Shown: in pieces, positions 28,528 to 37,987 of the stretch
Numbering within the stretch: the stretch's first letter is position 1
Layout of the letters: each line of letters begins with the position of its first letter
Virus record (IMG/VR): IMGVR_UViG_3300033512_000347
Location: 21,083 to 85,082 of that record
Length of the DNA: 64,000 nucleotides
Strand: one strand, 5' to 3'
DNA from: a virus
Notes under the pieces: model-generated
What the model was told of the DNA's origin: nothing
What the model saw: the letters and a program-made list of their open reading frames with translations, nothing else
Databases searched by the model: none
Made by a program: the position numbers and the translations under genes

Positions 28528-29024
28528 TAATATATACTTGTATTAAGTGTTAGTATTGGTAATTTCTTTTGTTGCATCGTTAATAATCTTATTGTTTCAT
28601 CTAATATTTGGTCTAACCCATTATTAAAACCCCTCACTCTATTCATATTTTTATCAGGTTCTTCAATATTATAAAAATGACTTATAGTTTCATCATTACA
28701 TTCTACTTTTATCACCATATTAGGTAAATAATATCCTTCTTTTACTAATCTACGAAGAAGTCTATAACAAAGAATTCCCTCAAAGATACAATTTTTACCA
28801 GAATGATAACAATTATCTAATTCTGTTTGAAATTGGTTTAAAGCATTTTCATAACCACATTTTTCGATGAATTCATCTGCAATAAACAATTCATGGCCTG
28901 TATCCATAGCTAATTTTCTAGCTATGGTTACTTTTCCACTTTTTGTTTTTCCAAGAATCATTATTATCTGTTGATTACGGCAATAATCAATTATTTTATC
29001 TGTGACTAAACTTTCTGGAGACAT
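28527..29024 (-). CDS. P-loop nucleoside/nucleotide kinase-like protein
   Basis: ILGKTKSGKVT Walker A-like; CIFEG. Confidence 0.6.
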   Translation of the reverse strand: MSPESLVTDKIIDYCRNQQIIMILGKTKSGKVTIARKLAMDTGHELFIADEFIEKCGYENALNQFQTELDNCYHSGKNCIFEGILCYRLLRRLVKEGYYLPNMVIKVECNDETISHFYNIEEPDKNMNRVRGFNNGLDQILDETIRLLTMQQKKLPILTLNTSIY

Positions 29025-29389
29025 TATTCTTTAATTATTACACCTAATTTATAATAGTATTTAAAATCATTACAGAATGGATTATCATTCATTATTAATA
29101 TTTTACTACCTTTTTTATAATTATATGTTTCTCCGTCTCTAGTGAACACTAAATTACCTTGAAATGTATATATACCTTCGGTGAAATCATCGGTATTCTG
29201 TTCAGTAAAATTATTCTCGGTTGGTTGTGTAGTATTATACGGGACCCAGTTGTTTAACGTTTCTTGTCGCCTAGTACACCCACAATCTTCAATGCCTAAT
29301 AAATCAGCAGTTTTTTCAACTAATTTATCTATACCAGTAGCTTCTGTAAATTTAGCTATAGTATCACCCAATCCACGACTTTTAACCAT
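29024..29389 (-). CDS. Hypothetical phage protein with CGC motif
   Basis: SRGLGDTIAKFT...DCGC..RQE.LN; start moved to MVKSRG (29389). Confidence 0.6.
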   Translation of the reverse strand: MVKSRGLGDTIAKFTEATGIDKLVEKTADLLGIEDCGCTRRQETLNNWVPYNTTQPTENNFTEQNTDDFTEGIYTFQGNLVFTRDGETYNYKKGSKILIMNDNPFCNDFKYYYKLGVIIKE

Positions 29390-29390
29390 A

Positions 29391-30047
29391 TTATTTATTA
29401 TATTTTTTACTATTATTACAACGTTTAGTCCATTTGAGATTATCAGGAATAGTAGCTTCATATGGAGATAATCCTTCTTTAAAACATTGAGAACGAGACT
29501 TAATGTGATCTAATGTTGGATAATCTTTATGAGTATAAGGAAGAGATAAATTATTTTTAATATACTCTCCATCGATATAATCATATCCATCCCAAAACTC
29601 AAGCATCTGTTTTCTTATTTTACGAGTAAGATCATTACATCTCCTCCAATATTGTTTCCATTCCGCTTTATCCCAATCTATTATATTACCATTTTTTTTC
29701 CTTGTTTCAATACCTTTTTTCCAAGAATCGTTAGGACGATTTTCTCTCATTTTATTGGCTCTATCAGATAATCCTAACTCTATAGAATTTTTAGACATAT
29801 TAATTCCTTTACAAATATTGGAACAAAAATTATTTGGGTTATTAGAATTTAATATTCTTAAAGAATTACCACATTCTATACATTCTTTATAACTTCTTTC
29901 TTTTCTTCTAGAATTAACTCTACATTCTTTGGAACAATATATTTTTACAGGTTCTATTCTTTTAGGATTTCTTGGTTTTGTTGTAATGATATAATTCCTA
30001 GAAAAATTATTTCCACATTCATTACAACAATAGGTATATTCTCTCAT
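29391..30047 (-). CDS. Zn-finger/HNH endonuclease-like protein
   Basis: CNEC, CSKEC, CIEC, CSNIC; PTLDHI...NL...NNSKK. Confidence 0.7.
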   Translation of the reverse strand: MREYTYCCNECGNNFSRNYIITTKPRNPKRIEPVKIYCSKECRVNSRRKERSYKECIECGNSLRILNSNNPNNFCSNICKGINMSKNSIELGLSDRANKMRENRPNDSWKKGIETRKKNGNIIDWDKAEWKQYWRRCNDLTRKIRKQMLEFWDGYDYIDGEYIKNNLSLPYTHKDYPTLDHIKSRSQCFKEGLSPYEATIPDNLKWTKRCNNSKKYNK

Positions 30048-30103
30048 ATTATTATTTTTATATAAATATATGAGAGAAAAACTCCTTTGTAATCATTATA
30101 TAC

Positions 30104-30907
30104 TTACACACCCCTCATATCTGAGAATCCTATTATATGTGCACGTCCGGTAAAATTATAACCCCTATTAGTACATTCCTCTAAAACATACTTATAATTT
30201 GGAATTATTGCCTCTCTAGTATCACCTGCTGGCATAACCCAAGTTTTGTTTTTTGGAATACCATGAATTAGTCTAAAATCTTCAACTTTATCCCAAATTC
30301 CTTCATCATTTCTATCTACAACCGGTTTAAAATGATAATCTTTGTGATATGACAACATTTGTCCTATAGCTTCATGATTCATTCTAAATTTGTTGTGTTG
30401 TTTAATCATTTTTTCATCAACTAATTTATCAGAATTAGGCAATTGAACTCCTAATTTAGGAATTGAGTTTTCAAATTTAGGTGATAAAGAAATTAAATCA
30501 ATAGGATATTTCGTTTTTATAAAATGTGAACCTTCTGTTTCAATAGTAACAAAAGAATTGAATTCATATTCTCCAAATCCTACTTTCTTTTGGCCATGAT
30601 ATTCTTTAAACATAGTTACTAATTCGTCTACTAATTCAGGATGCATTGTAGGAGAACCTCCCGAAATCATTAAATGATTTATATCTGGTCTTGATTCAAA
30701 TAATTCTTTAATAGCTTGTAATGACCAAGTACCTTTTTCTGGAGTAATTGAAGTATAGAAAGAGTCACACCAACCCCCCTCTCCGAACCAACATCTATGT
30801 GTGCATCCAGTAGTCCTTATTAGAAAGTGAGGATAACCAGCTCTTGAACCTTCTGTTTGGATACATGTATAAGCTTCAATAATTGGTTGTATTTTATTAT
30901 AATCCAT
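30104..30907 (-). CDS. queE: 7-carboxy-7-deazaguanine synthase (radical SAM)
   Basis: IQTEG, RTTGC...C......WCDS, ISGGSP, TIETEG, ISLSPK. Confidence 0.92.
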   Translation of the reverse strand: MDYNKIQPIIEAYTCIQTEGSRAGYPHFLIRTTGCTHRCWFGEGGWCDSFYTSITPEKGTWSLQAIKELFESRPDINHLMISGGSPTMHPELVDELVTMFKEYHGQKKVGFGEYEFNSFVTIETEGSHFIKTKYPIDLISLSPKFENSIPKLGVQLPNSDKLVDEKMIKQHNKFRMNHEAIGQMLSYHKDYHFKPVVDRNDEGIWDKVEDFRLIHGIPKNKTWVMPAGDTREAIIPNYKYVLEECTNRGYNFTGRAHIIGFSDMRGV

Positions 30908-30918
30908 ATTATTTTTAT

Positions 30919-31161
30919 TTATTTGTTTTTTTTATTTAACCAATTATGTAATTTTATATCAATAATCTTTTTAATTAATGTAAATAAACCAACCGAAGCA
31001 ATTGATAATTTCCACCACCAATTATAGAAAAATAATAAAACTAGAGATACACCAAAAGCTACATAACATAATATAATTAACAAACCAACTATTACACTAA
31101 ACTTGAAGTTTTCATTAGTAAAATGATCTGTTATATTATTTACAAGTTGATTTTTATTCAT
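30919..31161 (-). CDS. Hypothetical membrane protein
   Basis: Two hydrophobic segments. Confidence 0.5.
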   Translation of the reverse strand: MNKNQLVNNITDHFTNENFKFSVIVGLLIILCYVAFGVSLVLLFFYNWWWKLSIASVGLFTLIKKIIDIKLHNWLNKKNK

Positions 31162-31865
31162 TATCCTAATTTTATCATATCCATTACTTCTTGTTTAGCA
31201 GTTTTTTCATGATTTGAAAACACACCACTAACTTCACTTGTTACCATAGAACATCCTTGATGCCCAACTCCTCTTTCAGATACACAATTATGTCCTGAAT
31301 CAATTACTACCATTACTCCAATATTACCTTCACATATTTTATTAATTGCGTTATGAATATTTACTGTAAGTGCTTCCTGGATTTGTCCTCTTCTACCAAA
31401 ATGTTCGACAATTCTATTTAATTTACTTAAACCAACTACGGTACCATTTTTTCCAGGGATATATGCAATATGTACTTTTCCTTTAATTGCTTGGTGGTGA
31501 TGTGAGCACATTGAATGTAAAGGAATATTTTTCTCTAATACAATACCATCATACCCATCAGCAGGAAATGATGTTATGTTTGATAAAACGTTATATCTAC
31601 CATACCACAATCCATTTACATACGCTTTTGAAACTCTACGTGGAGTATCATTTGAGTTTGGGTCATTTTTCCAATCAACTCCTAAAGCTGTTAAAAAATT
31701 CCCATAATGGATTGTAGCTTCATCAATGATTTTATCTTTTTCTTCTTGGGTTAAAGAACGATGTTCTTTTTTTAATACTTCTTCCAATTGGGTTGAAATA
31801 CCATTAGCAAAACCAGGTTTTGCTTTTTCTAATTCTTCAATTTTAATTTCTTTTCGTTTCGACAT
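31161..31865 (-). CDS. folE: GTP cyclohydrolase I
   Basis: TPRRV.K, SMCSHH, GLSKLNR, RRGQIQE.LT, H.C...RGV. Confidence 0.95.
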   Translation of the reverse strand: MSKRKEIKIEELEKAKPGFANGISTQLEEVLKKEHRSLTQEEKDKIIDEATIHYGNFLTALGVDWKNDPNSNDTPRRVSKAYVNGLWYGRYNVLSNITSFPADGYDGIVLEKNIPLHSMCSHHHQAIKGKVHIAYIPGKNGTVVGLSKLNRIVEHFGRRGQIQEALTVNIHNAINKICEGNIGVMVVIDSGHNCVSERGVGHQGCSMVTSEVSGVFSNHEKTAKQEVMDMIKLG

Positions 31866-31882
31866 ATATTTATTTTAATTAT

Positions 31883-32554
31883 TTAAATGTAATCTATTTT
31901 AAATGCTTCTAATGAATATTTAAATGGGTTTTTTTCAATATTTTTTATTAAATCAAGGATATCATTTAGTATTTCTCTAACTTCAAATCTAATTTCTACA
32001 TTAGCTCCTAATCTTATCAAATCAGCAAAATCAAGAAAACTTAAATATAAATTTATATTAAGTTGTTCAAAATTAGTTAAAAATAAATTAGAAACTTCAT
32101 TAGATCTTTGAACGTTGAAATACATTTCCATATCCGTTTTGAATCTATCTCTTAATTTATGAGATAATTCAATATAATCCATCATTATATTAAACATATT
32201 ATCTCCCTTTTTACTAAATTCTAATCCACTATCTAATATGATATTATCTTTAATTATTTGATCGTGACATTCTCTAGGAAGTATATGAGTTAATTCTTCT
32301 TTTTTAGAAATGGAATATTTTAATGGTTTTAATTTAATTAAATCAAAAAATGTTAATGGATCTACAGTTAAATTAAAACATAATTTTGATGAATCAAAAT
32401 AGAAATGTTTTCCTTCCTTTACTAAATATTTTAACACATTTGATGAGATATATTTTTTATCCCCCCAATTATTAAATTTTTCAAAATTAAAAGATTCTGA
32501 GTGGAGTTTATCTCCACCCAAAAAATCTATTAATTCTACTGTATTTCTATTCAT
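31883..32554 (-). CDS. Degenerate ThyX-like protein (catalytic motifs absent)
   Basis: VELIDFLGGD start; KYLVKEGKH..F; C-terminal F..LIRL....EIR...IL.LI; no RHRxxSxxxxSxR. Confidence 0.55.
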   Translation of the reverse strand: MNRNTVELIDFLGGDKLHSESFNFEKFNNWGDKKYISSNVLKYLVKEGKHFYFDSSKLCFNLTVDPLTFFDLIKLKPLKYSISKKEELTHILPRECHDQIIKDNIILDSGLEFSKKGDNMFNIMMDYIELSHKLRDRFKTDMEMYFNVQRSNEVSNLFLTNFEQLNINLYLSFLDFADLIRLGANVEIRFEVREILNDILDLIKNIEKNPFKYSLEAFKIDYI

Positions 32555-33002
32555 TATTTATGTATTCTTGTATTGTGATGTTTTGGGTTTTTTCTAAATA
32601 ATGGAATTCACGATGACAATTAGAACATAGAGGTATGCATTTTTCCATTTCCTCAAAAGCAGCTTTTAAAGATTTATAACACCAGGCATTTCCTATATCA
32701 AATAATTTATTGGAAGGATCCAGGTGATGGAAATCTAAAAGATACCATCTATCTTCATAACATTTAGAACAGCTTAGTGTTTCTTTATGTTTTTGAATAG
32801 CTTCTTTAAATTTATTTTTAAAATCCTTTTGGTATTCTCTCCATTGTTCTTTATTTTTGTTGTAATTTTTTTTCGTAGTTGATTTAACACAATCTTTACA
32901 ATAAAATTCCCAACCGTCTTTTCTTGATTTTCTATGATGCCAATATTCTTCTGTTAAAGGTTTATGATTATCACATTTTTTACAATATCTTAATTCTTCC
33001 AT
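32547..33002 (-). CDS. HNH endonuclease with Zn fingers
   Basis: CKKC..CKDC; CSKC..LDFHH..KCIPLCSNCHREFH. Confidence 0.82.
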   Translation of the reverse strand: MEELRYCKKCDNHKPLTEEYWHHRKSRKDGWEFYCKDCVKSTTKKNYNKNKEQWREYQKDFKNKFKEAIQKHKETLSCSKCYEDRWYLLDFHHLDPSNKLFDIGNAWCYKSLKAAFEEMEKCIPLCSNCHREFHYLEKTQNITIQEYINNE

Positions 33003-33057
33003 ATATTATAATTATTTAATATAAATATGGTAGGCAATCTAAAAAATTAAGAAGTCT

Positions 33058-33954
33058 CTATTTTTTTGAAAATTCTTCACATATTTTAGTTACATATTCT
33101 TTTACAAATCCCCAAGATACTAAAGTACCATCTTCTTCTGCATATTGTAATGGATCTTCTAAACCTAGTTTAATAAAAGATTCTATACGTTCAATACTTG
33201 ATCCACTTTTATAATCACTTACCCAAATTTCCTTAGAATCCCCTTTAGATCTATTAATATTGATTGGGGCATAACTGGTATTTGTTCTAGAATAGATTTC
33301 TTTATAATCTAATTCTAATTCTTGACAGCATTTTACTCCATCTCCTATAACACCTGTTTTATCTGTTATATTATATGGAGCGTAATAATCTACTTTATCA
33401 GAATCCCAGTTTCCGATTTTAAAAGCGTGCTCTAATGCTACTCTAAATTCTTCCGAGCAGTCAGGATATATACCAGTTTGACTTTCATTATTAAAATCAC
33501 CCATATGTGTTCCTAAAGCTATTTGACATTTTTCTCCTGTTCTTTTAACAATAGATAAAGCTACAGCATAGGTGATAGCCGCAAAAATAGAATTACGATT
33601 AGGAACTACAGTAGTCAATGCATTTTCATGAGCATAATGACCTTTTTTCATTTCCATAGAATCATTATCTATAAGACCACTAACTAAAAGGTTAGATAAT
33701 CCATCAAGTTTAATAATTTGATGTTTAATTGGAAAAAATTTTGGAGAATTTTGTGATGGTAATTCATCCATTAGATGATTATAGTAATCATTTAAATATT
33801 CTACTAACTCTGTTGCTCTTTCTAACTCTACCTTATGTTTTTGACCAATATCAAATGAAAGGGCTGTTACTTCATAACCATCATTTAATAATCTTAATAA
33901 TAATGAACTACTATCAGCTCCTCCACTAAGACTTAATACGCAATATTTTTTCAT
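33058..33954 (-). CDS. queC: 7-cyano-7-deazaguanine synthase
   Basis: SLSGGADSS, FDIGQKH..E, VVPNRNSIF, YPDC..EF. Confidence 0.93.
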   Translation of the reverse strand: MKKYCVLSLSGGADSSSLLLRLLNDGYEVTALSFDIGQKHKVELERATELVEYLNDYYNHLMDELPSQNSPKFFPIKHQIIKLDGLSNLLVSGLIDNDSMEMKKGHYAHENALTTVVPNRNSIFAAITYAVALSIVKRTGEKCQIALGTHMGDFNNESQTGIYPDCSEEFRVALEHAFKIGNWDSDKVDYYAPYNITDKTGVIGDGVKCCQELELDYKEIYSRTNTSYAPININRSKGDSKEIWVSDYKSGSSIERIESFIKLGLEDPLQYAEEDGTLVSWGFVKEYVTKICEEFSKK

Positions 33955-34157
33955 TTCTTTTCTTTAATTAAATTGTTTAATTTAGAGTCTTTATCTATAA
34001 TAACAACTCTAGAACTTTCAAAACTTCCTTTATATGCTAAAAATTTCAATACTTCTAAATCTTCACTTGAAATATTACCTGCATTACCTATAATACTTCT
34101 AGCATATTTTGATACTTCGTTTCCGAATGATTCACCATATGTACTATTTCTAGACAT
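33951..34157 (-). CDS. Hypothetical protein
   Basis: ORF track. Confidence 0.5.
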   Translation of the reverse strand: MSRNSTYGESFGNEVSKYARSIIGNAGNISSEDLEVLKFLAYKGSFESSRVVIIDKDSKLNNLIKEKK

Positions 34158-34159
34158 AA

Positions 34160-34381
34160 TTAATATACGTTATATTCAACCTTATTATCACTAAAATATT
34201 GGTCAAGAAATGTTTTTGGATATAACATTACTGTTCCTTTATATTTAGGATTTTCAACTTGTCTAGTTTCAATTCTTACTTTTAATTTTCTTGATTCATT
34301 ATAAACTAATTTTCCAAGTTCCGCTCCTGCGGGTTTACCTAAATAGTCAAATAAACTCAAATAGTTACTTTGTGTACTCAT
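34160..34381 (-). CDS. Hypothetical phage protein
   Basis: SLFDYLGKPAG..LG..V; Y.G.V.LYP..FLD.YF. Confidence 0.6.
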   Translation of the reverse strand: MSTQSNYLSLFDYLGKPAGAELGKLVYNESRKLKVRIETRQVENPKYKGTVMLYPKTFLDQYFSDNKVEYNVY

Positions 34382-35189
34382 AATCTTTAATTTTATTGTT
34401 TGTTATTTGTTTGAAATATTCTATGTTACTTAATATATGATCTTTTTGTTGGGAAGACAAATCTTTATAAAAATAAATTTCCATTTTATTTGATGATTTT
34501 GTTTTTACATTATCATCATTATATAATCCTTCCTCAATTCCTTTAATTATAGGTCCTGAAGTGTCAATACTATCAACAACACCTGGTAAGGCTTGTTCAT
34601 AATAAGAAAACTCAGTTATATCTGTAGCACCCAATAAATGAATCCAATGGTGGTCTTTGATGATATTTTTATTCCAAAGATTTCTGATAATAGTAATCCT
34701 TCCTACCTTTGCTTTATTGATACTTCCTTCTAATGATTTAATTTCGTTTTGATAAGCAATAGATGAATGATTAAACGCAAAATGTTTATATCCTAAATCA
34801 ACACATTGTTGATAAAGAATTTCAATTTCACCAAATGTTTTTCCCTGTAAAACTACCATAAGATTTAATTCCACAGGTAATACTCCAGATTTTTTCAAAC
34901 CCATCCAATATTTAGCATTTTTTAATGTTAAAATAGGATCGTTCCATTCATCTTGAACTATATATATCGTTGGTTTTGATTCTTTAATTAATTCAATTTG
35001 TTGTTGAATAGTATAAGTTTCCCCCTCAAAAAGGCCATTATCAGCAATAATCATTCCTGAATAGTTGTTCATAAATTCTCTATATTTTGGACATCTATAA
35101 TAAAAATAGGGTAATAAGTATTGATAGTCATTATATTTATTACTATCTTCCAACATACATTGTGGAGATTCATGTGATATTAAAATCAT
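34365..35189 (-). CDS. TGT-fold protein, candidate DpdA-like deazaguanine DNA transglycosylase
   Basis: IADNG, VVLQG, HLLG, SIDTS motifs in TGT order; embedded in que cluster. Confidence 0.65.
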   Translation of the reverse strand: MILISHESPQCMLEDSNKYNDYQYLLPYFYYRCPKYREFMNNYSGMIIADNGLFEGETYTIQQQIELIKESKPTIYIVQDEWNDPILTLKNAKYWMGLKKSGVLPVELNLMVVLQGKTFGEIEILYQQCVDLGYKHFAFNHSSIAYQNEIKSLEGSINKAKVGRITIIRNLWNKNIIKDHHWIHLLGATDITEFSYYEQALPGVVDSIDTSGPIIKGIEEGLYNDDNVKTKSSNKMEIYFYKDLSSQQKDHILSNIEYFKQITNNKIKDYEYTK

Positions 35190-35198
35190 AATTTTTTA

Positions 35199-35447
35199 TT
35201 AATATTTATTTATCCAAGCAAATGCTGTTGGGGTATTTGGTTCTACTTCAGTTAATCCTTTATCATGTTGAATATAACCACTTTCTTTTTGTAAATATTC
35301 TTCAAACTTTTTATCAGAAACTTTTAATACAATTATATCACAATCTTTAGGAGTTATTCCTAAATTTTTTACTGCATGAGCTACTTGGGCGGCCATTTTA
35401 CCCTCACTCATTTTAAGGTTTTTTCTATATATTACTTTTATTTGCAT
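35199..35447 (-). CDS. Miniature peptidyl-tRNA hydrolase type 2 (Pth2)
   Basis: RKNLKMSEGKMAAQVAHA, IVLKV, DKGLTEVEPNTPT. Confidence 0.8.
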   Translation of the reverse strand: MQIKVIYRKNLKMSEGKMAAQVAHAVKNLGITPKDCDIIVLKVSDKKFEEYLQKESGYIQHDKGLTEVEPNTPTAFAWINKY

Positions 35448-35449
35448 AA

Positions 35450-35656
35450 TTAAATAGGTATTGATGTTTTTACATAACCTCTTTCTATAGTATATTCTGA
35501 TGCTATCATTTTGCCTTTGGTAAATTCTACTTTATATACATCGTAAGCGTTTTCTAAATCAAATTCAAGATGAGGTTTTTGAATTAACCCAACTGAGTAT
35601 AAATAGTATAGAGATTTCATCATCTCTATTAATGGTGGTTTAGGGTATTTCTTCAT
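35450..35656 (-). CDS. Hypothetical protein
   Basis: ORF track. Confidence 0.45.
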   Translation of the reverse strand: MKKYPKPPLIEMMKSLYYLYSVGLIQKPHLEFDLENAYDVYKVEFTKGKMIASEYTIERGYVKTSIPI

Positions 35657-36168
35657 TATAAACTAGTATATATTGATGAGTTAGTTTTGTTTTCCCAACA
35701 ACGAACTTGTACAACTTTTACTCTACCTCCACCAGTTTTTGATAATACATCATTAAATTTATCAAAAACTATCTTAGCAGCACTTTCTGCTCCAATTTTA
35801 TCCATAATTCTTAAATGACATAATCCTAACTCTTCCATGTATTGGAATGTTTCAAGTTGTGGATCATCTTTTTCAATTAATAAAGTATGATCCCACATAT
35901 AATTCATCCAATCTTTTAAACCGTTGCCTGTTTTTTTTAATTCTTCAACAGATTCACCACCCATTGGTAATGATTTAAAACTACCATAGTCCTGTATCCA
36001 GTTCATCTCATCAAGTTGATTTTCTTCTAGTGGTTCTATTGATTCAAATATAACTTCAAATTCTAACGCATAACCATGAAGTAATTGACAATGGCTATGT
36101 TGTGCTTTCCATTGCCTAATAGCAATAGAGTAATTATCGAATAATTTTGTAGATTGATATTTTCCCAT
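35656..36168 (-). CDS. queD: 6-carboxy-5,6,7,8-tetrahydropterin synthase
   Basis: HSHC.LLHGY, WIQDYG, WDHTLL, AES.A, VRCWE. Confidence 0.92.
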   Translation of the reverse strand: MGKYQSTKLFDNYSIAIRQWKAQHSHCQLLHGYALEFEVIFESIEPLEENQLDEMNWIQDYGSFKSLPMGGESVEELKKTGNGLKDWMNYMWDHTLLIEKDDPQLETFQYMEELGLCHLRIMDKIGAESAAKIVFDKFNDVLSKTGGGRVKVVQVRCWENKTNSSIYTSL

Positions 36169-36189
36169 TTTATATAAATTTAATATTCT

Positions 36190-36221
36190 TTAATATACGA
36201 ATTAAAATGATCTTTTCCAAA
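36190..36221 (-). promoter_or_regulatory. Bacteroidota sigma70-type promoter heading the que cluster
   Basis: TTTG-N20-TATATTAA. Confidence 0.5.
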
Positions 36222-36660
36222 TAGGAATAATAGGATATTTATGATTTTTTTCAAAGAAATTATATAAATCATTTATATCTCCATTAAAAGTTTCTAGTAT
36301 TTCTTTTACTTGTTCTTTTTTTAATATATAACCATTAGTAAAATCTTCAACTATTCTTTCTAATTTAATATTTTCATCTTTATAATAATCTTCCATCAAA
36401 CGTTTATATCGGGAACGAACCATTCCCCGTTTTTCAATATCTTCTGGGTGTTGATTTCTCAAATCCAATAATGATTGTTGTGCTTGCCAAAAATAAGATT
36501 CTGGGAAGTTGTAATATCCTGCTTTAATTTTATCAGGTATAGATGAACGTTTGGAAATAGGAGTTTCCCCAGTATCATATTTTCTCCACCAAAAAAATTT
36601 GTTACGTTTTATCGGACTAAATTTAGATAAATTTTTACTTATTATTTCTTGTTTATGCAT
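36202..36660 (-). CDS. Hypothetical phage protein
   Basis: ORF track. Confidence 0.6.
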   Translation of the reverse strand: MHKQEIISKNLSKFSPIKRNKFFWWRKYDTGETPISKRSSIPDKIKAGYYNFPESYFWQAQQSLLDLRNQHPEDIEKRGMVRSRYKRLMEDYYKDENIKLERIVEDFTNGYILKKEQVKEILETFNGDINDLYNFFEKNHKYPIIPIWKRSF

Positions 36661-36782
36661 ATCTTACTTCCTATATAACCTTCTAAAAAACCATTATAAA
36701 AACTTTTCCATTCAAACTCCTTATGCTCTAACTCTTTAAATCGTTTTTTAGCTTTTGCTATTATTTCTTGAGATGATTCCAT
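36642..36782 (-). CDS. Small hypothetical protein (46 aa, not in ORF track)
   Basis: Manual translation MESSQEIIAKAKKRF...YNGFLEGY. Confidence 0.45.
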   Translation of the reverse strand: MESSQEIIAKAKKRFKELEHKEFEWKSFYNGFLEGYIGSKICINKK

Positions 36783-36849
36783 ATTTTATTTTTTATAAAG
36801 ATACAAAAAGAGGATCATAGATCCTCTTCCTTTTTATAAATACTTAAAT

Positions 36850-37014
36850 TTATTTCTTCTTAATAAATGCTGACCATATTAAACCAACTAATGTAGTTGA
36901 ACTACCTATAATAGCTTCAACCATAGCTTCGTCAATTATTCCTTTCATTACTAATACTCCACCTACAAAAGTTAATGTATGGCGGATAATTCCTAATACT
37001 TGTTCTTGATTCAT
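36850..37014 (-). CDS. Small two-TM holin-like protein (not in ORF track)
   Basis: Manual translation MNQEQVLGIIRHTLTFVGGVLV...LVGLIWSAFIKKK, directly after endolysin. Confidence 0.7.
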   Translation of the reverse strand: MNQEQVLGIIRHTLTFVGGVLVMKGIIDEAMVEAIIGSSTTLVGLIWSAFIKKK

Positions 37015-37015
37015 G

Positions 37016-37720
37016 TTATTTTATTTTTAATATTTGTCCCACTTTAATTTTATTTGATGACGTTAAATTATTTAATGTTATCAATTTTGAAACTAATGTA
37101 TTATTTTCTTTTGCAATTTTTGTTAATGTATCTCCTTTTTGAATAACATAAGTGTTATTAGTATTTTCTTGGGAATATTCAAACAATATTTTAGCTATAT
37201 TTAAAGCTAAGATTTTTTTATTTTTCTGATATTTCACCATGTCAGATTCATTAGATATAAAACATACTTCTAATAAGATATTTTCTCCATTAAGTCTCAT
37301 CCATCCTAATCTTCCATGATGAGATTCAGCTTCTGTTCTGACTCCGTTATTTCCTCTTTTTACAATACCTAATGTTTCTGATATAGTTAATGATATTTTC
37401 TCAGCAATTGTTTTTTCAAATAAGGTAAATTCTTTAGGAATTAATACTTCAGTACCTGTAGCTTTTGGAGTTGCTGCATTCCAATGGATATCTAATACTA
37501 TTGAGTTTGATGAAGTTATATTTTTGAATTTAATAATAGTTTCAGATAAAATATTTTGATTTTCATCTATTATAGGAGAAATACCAAGGTTTTTAAGTTC
37601 TAACGTTATTAAATCTCTAAGTTCAACAGCTAATTCCCCTTCAATATATCCATTACCAGCGGCCCCTCTATCTTTCCCCACTTTGTTACTATGTCCTGCT
37701 CCTATAAATATTTTACGCAT
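37016..37720 (-). CDS. Endolysin: N-acetylmuramoyl-L-alanine amidase (Amidase_3) plus C-terminal LysM
   Basis: IFIGAGH...E, LDIHWNA, ILLEVCFISN; YVIQKGDTL..IA. Confidence 0.92.
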   Translation of the reverse strand: MRKIFIGAGHSNKVGKDRGAAGNGYIEGELAVELRDLITLELKNLGISPIIDENQNILSETIIKFKNITSSNSIVLDIHWNAATPKATGTEVLIPKEFTLFEKTIAEKISLTISETLGIVKRGNNGVRTEAESHHGRLGWMRLNGENILLEVCFISNESDMVKYQKNKKILALNIAKILFEYSQENTNNTYVIQKGDTLTKIAKENNTLVSKLITLNNLTSSNKIKVGQILKIK

Positions 37721-37985
37721 CTTGTTCTTCTTTACTATTTACTCTATTTCTAATTTTATCCCACACAGTCATAATTGATGTTCCCCCAGCTAATAAAAGG
37801 AAACCATAAAATATATCAACAGCATATTGATTAATTTCTCTAATAAAGAAAAAATCACTAATTAGAATAAATATACCAGATAATATAGCCATTATCCATG
37901 CACTAAACATAGTTAATGATTTTCTACTCCATTTACCATCAGGTGATTTTAATGTATCGTTTATTATTTGGTTTATTAATTCCAT
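37713..37985 (-). CDS. Membrane protein, holin-like
   Basis: GKWSRKSLTMF; two TM segments; adjacent to endolysin. Confidence 0.6.
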   Translation of the reverse strand: MELINQIINDTLKSPDGKWSRKSLTMFSAWIMAILSGIFILISDFFFIREINQYAVDIFYGFLLLAGGTSIMTVWDKIRNRVNSKEEQDA

Positions 37986-37987
37986 TA

